In this document: positions 59,429 to 64,000 of the stretch, piece after piece | How the letters are laid out: the number at the start of each line of letters is the position of its first letter | Numbering within the stretch: position 1 is the first letter of the stretch | Origin: a bacterium | GTDB taxonomy: Bacteria > Patescibacteriota > Minisyncoccia > Moranbacterales > UBA1568 | Direction of reading: 5' to 3' | Length of the DNA: 64,000 nt | NCBI GenBank assembly: GCA_021821305.1 | Contig: JAKACP010000001.1 | Span: forward strand, 260,934 to 324,933 | Notes under the pieces: generated by a model | Told to the model about the DNA's origin: nothing | Seen by the model: the letters and a program-made list of their open reading frames with translations, nothing else | The model's database searches: none | Translations under genes and position numbers: made by a program

Positions 59429-60379
59429 ATGTCATGGCACGTATTCCCATCGAAGAAGCCTGCGAGATCCGTCGCGTCACGGTCCGTTTTCGGATTCCGA
59501 AAAAAGCGGAGTTCTTTCGCGGCCGAGGGGGCCTCGGGTTTCCCGTTCGGTATGGCCGCACTGTGGCTCACGGCCGGGTCGGTCGCCGCGTATACGCTCC
59601 TTTTCTCCACGTTGCATGAGATAGACGGTGTCCGGGTGACGGGCGTGCGCGATATAGGCGACGAACGGCTGGAATCGGAGGTCCGGGAGTTCCTTTCACA
59701 AAAACTGCTTCTGGCGTTTCCTGGGGATAATTATTTCCTTTTCTCCGGTGACCGTCTCGAGCAGGATCTCAAAGAGAAATTTCCCAAGCTGTCCTCGGTC
59801 CGGGTCGAGAAGCGCTTTCCGCATGAGATCGACATTTCCGTGGCCGAACGCGACCGGATATTCCTCTGGTGTTCGGGAGGCGGCTGCTTTCTCGTCGACG
59901 AAAAGGGATGTACGGGCGATGCGAGGTTCGCCGAGCAGGAAATGAACCACCCCTTCCTCGTCCGTTTCACCGATGAGAGCGCGGTACCGATGACCGCAGG
60001 GGATTGCTCCGTTCCCTCCGATCTGCCGGACATCATACTGCGTCTCGAGCGCGGATTACGGGAGGAATCCGGTCTCGCGCTCCGCTTGCCCGCATTCACG
60101 CCTTCCCGGATATCGAGGGAGATCCGGTTCCGCACCGAAGAGGGATGGGAAATATGGATGAACGCCGATATCCCGCCGGAAAAGACGCTTGCCGCCCTGC
60201 GAGCGGTGCTTGAGACGGAGATTCCTCCCGAGGGACGGGTAAAGCTTCGCTATATCGATCTGCGTACCGAGAACAAGGCTTTCTATGCGTTCATCGTGGA
60301 AGAAACTCCTCTGGCCGATTCGGGAGCCTCGGAGGGGACCGATGCGTCTTCGGAAGAGAAGAAGGAAGAGAAGCGATAG
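59429..60379 (+). CDS. ftsQ: FtsQ/DivIB-like cell division protein (POTRA domain)
   Basis: N-terminal TM (LWLTAGSVAAYTLLF), a POTRA-like block (I..V.V.G........V......L.G..L........L...L...FP....V.V...FP..I.I.V.ER), and an acidic C-terminal tail. Confidence 0.65.
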   Translation: MSWHVFPSKKPARSVASRSVFGFRKKRSSFAAEGASGFPFGMAALWLTAGSVAAYTLLFSTLHEIDGVRVTGVRDIGDERLESEVREFLSQKLLLAFPGDNYFLFSGDRLEQDLKEKFPKLSSVRVEKRFPHEIDISVAERDRIFLWCSGGGCFLVDEKGCTGDARFAEQEMNHPFLVRFTDESAVPMTAGDCSVPSDLPDIILRLERGLREESGLALRLPAFTPSRISREIRFRTEEGWEIWMNADIPPEKTLAALRAVLETEIPPEGRVKLRYIDLRTENKAFYAFIVEETPLADSGASEGTDASSEEKKEEKR

Positions 60380-60392
60380 TCGTTTCACGGAA

Positions 60393-60428
60393 ATGAAAGC
60401 CGGCCCGGAAGAATGTCTCGGGCCGGCT
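60393..60428. terminator. bidirectional intrinsic terminator between convergent ftsQ-like and GT-C genes
   Basis: aaagccggcccggaagaatgtctcgggccggctttt. Confidence 0.7.
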
Positions 60429-60449
60429 TTTCTTCGCACGTGCATCCGT

Positions 60450-62279
60450 CTATTCGAGCCCGTCATACTCCATGCCCTCTTCCGGAACGTAGAAGATGAA
60501 GATGGAATCGCCGGCACGGGCGATGAGCGGATACTCCGCGAGCCAGGCATAGGTCTGTTTTCCTTCCGGATTGTCGCGATAGAGACTCTCCTGATAGAAG
60601 AGCGAGGATATGGCATACCAACCCGGCTCCGGCGGCAGCTGGTCGTACCAGCGCTCGTAGCGGTCTCCGAGGTAGTATGCCGGTTCCGCTCCGCCGAAGT
60701 AATCGACGTGGATCGTGTCGATCCCGTTTTGGTCGACGAAATCGCGGAGCCGTTTCATGTCCTGTCCCCAGTCGTAGTTCGAATCGGTCGCGACCATGTA
60801 GCCCATCTTCGGACCGCCGCCGGCCTCGTTCCAGTAGGTGAGATAGGAGGGATAGGAGAGGATCGGGATGGCGGCGACCCAGAGCGCGAAGAGACCGAGC
60901 ATTACGCGTGATACCCGCTCGCCCTGGAAGTCCTGCCGACGGATGAAGTCGAATGCCGTTTTCGCGATGAGGACGTAGAGGAAGGGCAGGATCGGGAAGA
61001 GGTGCCGGAAACCGATGTTGAGATTTCCCGTGATGCTGATATAGGCGTAGAAGAGGACGAAGAACGCCATCAGGTACTGTGCGATGTGCTGTTGGAACGA
61101 CTGCGCGAGGAGCTTTCGGAGAGAACCGACGGATGTCCGGCGGACCGCTTTGCCGATGCGGAAGATCGTGTAGAGCCCCGTCGCGGTGAGGAGCACGAGG
61201 AAAGGGAGGGTTTCCTTGAGCGCGAAGATGATCGGGAAGTACCACGGGTTCGCCTCGCTTCCGACCGTTCCGAGGAAGTAGAAGTTGTTGCCGCCGCCGA
61301 CGCGTTCGAAGACCATCCCGACACCGAGGAAATAGGCGGAGAACGGCTTGAGGAGGGCCGAATCGCTCGTCGAGGCGACGAGTCCGTGCGCGAGACGTGC
61401 GTAGTCGTTCGGCTGCCCGAGCTTGATGTCGGCCACCTCGACGAGCTTCTCGCCCGGCATCGCGGCCGTGTTCGGATAGTAGACGATCCAGATAAGCGCG
61501 AAGGCGACGACGACGACACCGGCATACCGCGTCAGGTAACGTCCGAGGGAACGCAGTTTGAATCCGAGCGCGGACGCTTTCGTATCGGCTCTCCCGCGGG
61601 CGAGCGTGATGGCGTAGAGGAGCGAGAAGAGTCCGAAGATAGGGAATAGAAGGACGGCGGAGAACTTGGTCAGTTCCGCGATGCCGAGAAAGAGACCGGC
61701 GAGGAGAACATTCTTCCCGTCCGGCTTCTTCAGGAAACGGACGAAGAAATAGAAGGCGAAGAACAGCACGGCGGCGATGCCGATATCGGTGGTGACGTAG
61801 TGGCTGTGCGCGATGATGTTCGGGTCGGCGACGTAAAGGAGGGTCGCGAAGAGCCCGGCGACGGTTCCCGCGAGCTCCTTGGTCCACCGGTAGATGAACC
61901 ATCCGAGGAGGAGCGCCACGAGGATGATCGGCAGGCGCGACCAGAAGACGATACTGTCCGCATCGTTGCCGCTTTCATAGAGGAATGCCGTACCGAGCGA
62001 CCATTGTCCGTGAATACCGCTCTTCTCCCAGTCCGGGTGATCGTAGGGGAAGGTGAGATCAAGAAACAGGAGCGGAAAGCCGGCAAGATCCTTGAGAAGC
62101 GGGGGGTGTTCGGGGTTGAGACGCATGTCGGCCCGGTCGAGGTACGTGTAGGCGGCTGGGATATGCGCCCGCTCGTCGTAGGTGGCGGATTCCTGCCAGG
62201 CGAGCGAGACTGAGAGGATGGCGAACGCCGCGAGCATGCCCGAGACGAGGAGTTTGGCGTGTTTCTTGAGGTTGTCCAT
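60450..62279 (-). CDS. GT-C fold glycosyltransferase (family 39/83-like; ArnT/PMT-like polyprenol-phosphate-sugar dependent)
   Basis: 609 aa, about 12 TM. The first loop has a DE/DxD-like motif (YDERAHIPAAY) typical of the PMT/ArnT family. Large C-terminal periplasmic domain. Confidence 0.75.
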   Translation of the reverse strand: MDNLKKHAKLLVSGMLAAFAILSVSLAWQESATYDERAHIPAAYTYLDRADMRLNPEHPPLLKDLAGFPLLFLDLTFPYDHPDWEKSGIHGQWSLGTAFLYESGNDADSIVFWSRLPIILVALLLGWFIYRWTKELAGTVAGLFATLLYVADPNIIAHSHYVTTDIGIAAVLFFAFYFFVRFLKKPDGKNVLLAGLFLGIAELTKFSAVLLFPIFGLFSLLYAITLARGRADTKASALGFKLRSLGRYLTRYAGVVVVAFALIWIVYYPNTAAMPGEKLVEVADIKLGQPNDYARLAHGLVASTSDSALLKPFSAYFLGVGMVFERVGGGNNFYFLGTVGSEANPWYFPIIFALKETLPFLVLLTATGLYTIFRIGKAVRRTSVGSLRKLLAQSFQQHIAQYLMAFFVLFYAYISITGNLNIGFRHLFPILPFLYVLIAKTAFDFIRRQDFQGERVSRVMLGLFALWVAAIPILSYPSYLTYWNEAGGGPKMGYMVATDSNYDWGQDMKRLRDFVDQNGIDTIHVDYFGGAEPAYYLGDRYERWYDQLPPEPGWYAISSLFYQESLYRDNPEGKQTYAWLAEYPLIARAGDSIFIFYVPEEGMEYDGLE

Positions 62280-62300
62280 AAGTGTTCGATGGAGAAGGGG

Positions 62301-63893
62301 TTATTCGGGAATGACGATGGCCGTGAAAGCGGTGCCATGCCCGGGCCGGAGATCGATGTCGAGCGCATAGGCCTCGGGGATGCGCATCCGGATGTTCTCG
62401 AGGATACGCTCGTCATAGCGCATCGGGATGATGATGGCGGGTCGGTGGACGACCGTGTCCTGCTTGAGAAAGGCGAAGTTTTCCAGTTTTCCGTGGATGA
62501 GGAACGCGAGCGGCTGCGCGCCGAGCGGGGTGACGGTCTCGTTGCTATCGATGTTGGCGTAGACGTATTTGTACGTCTCATCCGGAAGTCCGAGCAGATA
62601 GGTCGCCATGTTCGTGGTGCGTGCGTCGAATGCGGCGTGCTGTTCCGGCCGATCGGCGAACAGTACGAAATATTTCGTGATATTCCATGCAGCCGATCCG
62701 GCGAGGACGAGGAAGAGAAATCCGGCGACCGCGAGCGAGGAGCCGGCTTTGGCTCGGGCGAGCCGTCGATAGACGAAGACGATGGGAATCGACGCGAAGA
62801 GGAAGACGAAGGGCTGGGTGCCGATGGAGCGGAGCGCGTGCGGAAGCCCTTCGTCCGTGAGGAATTCGGGGGCGAGCATGACGATGAACCCGCCGAGAAG
62901 GAGCGCGTGGACCGGAAGCTCGACGTCGCGGCGGCGTTCGCGGATGCGTTCCCCGAGGAGCTTCACCAGCATCCCGACCGAGAAGATGAGTCCCGCGAGG
63001 AAAAAGGTCCCGACGATGGGATCGAGTACGGGGTAGGGCGGGTAGTTGTGCCGCCAGTTCTGGTCGCCGACGAAGTTATACTTGATGAGCGAAAGTCCGA
63101 TCGTCTTAGCGAGCGTTCCCCAGAGGTTTCCCTCGTTCACCTCTGGAGAAAACACGGAGATGGCGGCCGAACGGGAGGCGAGGATGTCCGGATTCGTCAC
63201 GAAGGCGTAGAACATGGGTGCCGCGGCGATACCGGCCGCGACGACGAAGACGAATGCGTGTTTCCAGAACCGTTTCAGGAAGTGCTCGTATGAGAGCATG
63301 AGGAACGGGAGAAGGAATATGAGAATGAACGGCGCGAGCCGGAACGCGATATAAGTGTGGAGTCCGAGGCCGAAGAGGAACCCGGCTACCGCGAACGGGA
63401 ACAGTGTTCCCTTGCGGAGGCCCCGGAAGAAGAAATAGAACGAGAACGACAGAAGAAACGGCACCATGATCGCCCGGAAGCCGATACGGGAGAAGTTGAT
63501 GGCCCAAAACGAGGTCGCCATGAGAAGGGCGCTCACGATCGCGGCCGAGCGGCTCCGGAAGAGCTCCCAGGCGAGGAGTCCTGTCCCGAGTACGGCGAGA
63601 GAGCCGAAAATGCCGCTCCAGAGCTTGAGCGCGGGTATATCGATGCCGAACACGAGGAGCGAAAGCGCCTGGAGATTGATGAACAGTCCCTCACGCCCGA
63701 AATTGTTCGGATAGAAGAGGCGGTAGTTCCCGGTCTCGTTCGCCTCGATCGCGTCGATGCCGTTCATCGCCTCGTCGGGATAGAGTCCTGCCGGGATGCT
63801 GTCGATGTGATAGCTGCGGAGCGCGAATGCGGACAGGGTGATCACGATGAGGAGCGACCAGAAGAATGGGCGCGAACGGAGCAAAGCCGGCAT
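62301..63893 (-). CDS. GT-C fold glycosyltransferase (ArnT/PMT-like), second copy
   Basis: 530 aa, polytopic, with a first-loop motif (LYPDEAMNGIDA). A TGnTATAAT extended -10 lies upstream at 63930-63941 (minus strand). Confidence 0.75.
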   Translation of the reverse strand: MPALLRSRPFFWSLLIVITLSAFALRSYHIDSIPAGLYPDEAMNGIDAIEANETGNYRLFYPNNFGREGLFINLQALSLLVFGIDIPALKLWSGIFGSLAVLGTGLLAWELFRSRSAAIVSALLMATSFWAINFSRIGFRAIMVPFLLSFSFYFFFRGLRKGTLFPFAVAGFLFGLGLHTYIAFRLAPFILIFLLPFLMLSYEHFLKRFWKHAFVFVVAAGIAAAPMFYAFVTNPDILASRSAAISVFSPEVNEGNLWGTLAKTIGLSLIKYNFVGDQNWRHNYPPYPVLDPIVGTFFLAGLIFSVGMLVKLLGERIRERRRDVELPVHALLLGGFIVMLAPEFLTDEGLPHALRSIGTQPFVFLFASIPIVFVYRRLARAKAGSSLAVAGFLFLVLAGSAAWNITKYFVLFADRPEQHAAFDARTTNMATYLLGLPDETYKYVYANIDSNETVTPLGAQPLAFLIHGKLENFAFLKQDTVVHRPAIIIPMRYDERILENIRMRIPEAYALDIDLRPGHGTAFTAIVIPE

Positions 63894-64000
63894 ATGTTTT
63901 TTCTTTTTTCTTTTATGATACTGTGCTAATATTATACCATAAAAAGAAAAAGAATCGTTTCGAAACCCTATGCCGCAACAGCGCGATGCGAGCCTTGTCG

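Overview
This 64-kb window is a GC-rich (roughly 60%+ by eye), densely packed bacterial segment, mostly on the + strand and dominated by housekeeping genes. Protein-coding genes: five aminoacyl-tRNA synthetases (argS, ileS, glyQS, metG, leuS); a complete F-type ATP synthase operon (atpB-E-F-H-A-G-D-C); infC-rpmI-rplT; glycolytic genes (tpiA, fba, gap); cell-envelope and division genes (murA, murD, mreB, uppP, an ftsQ-like gene, parAB); tgt, recO, rsmI, folD, trxB and tatD; and a cluster of glycosyltransferases (GT2, two GT4, two GT-C/PMT-like) near the 3' end. RNA genes: an smpB gene with an adjacent tmRNA (ssrA) that the ORF track misses, and a tRNA-Leu(CAA). The content (compact, single-membrane-anchor repeat proteins, few Shine-Dalgarno sites) resembles a high-GC CPR/Patescibacteria-like or similarly streamlined bacterium, but I cannot confirm the lineage. 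Structure not explained by ordinary gene calls includes: (i) a ~183-bp MITE-like repeat with ~20-bp terminal inverted repeats (two full copies plus two solo-end copies, each ending 2-23 nt before a start codon); (ii) a T-box-like leader upstream of an HD-domain gene and ileS; (iii) a 55-codon secreted/membrane cysteine peptide gene with a perfect consensus promoter, strong SD and intrinsic terminator; (iv) several structured intergenic elements (a hairpin inside the atp operon, a promoter-proximal terminator, a ~260-nt structured region before murA); (v) compositionally atypical (AT-richer) ORFan genes and an AT-rich patch inside ileS. I found no CRISPR array, reverse transcriptase, integrase or obvious defence operon, and no single feature here clearly qualifies as a new multi-gene system; the MITE-like family, the T-box/HD-ileS unit and the small peptide gene are the most distinctive. 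Many long antisense ORFs in the track are GC-driven shadow ORFs and were not annotated.
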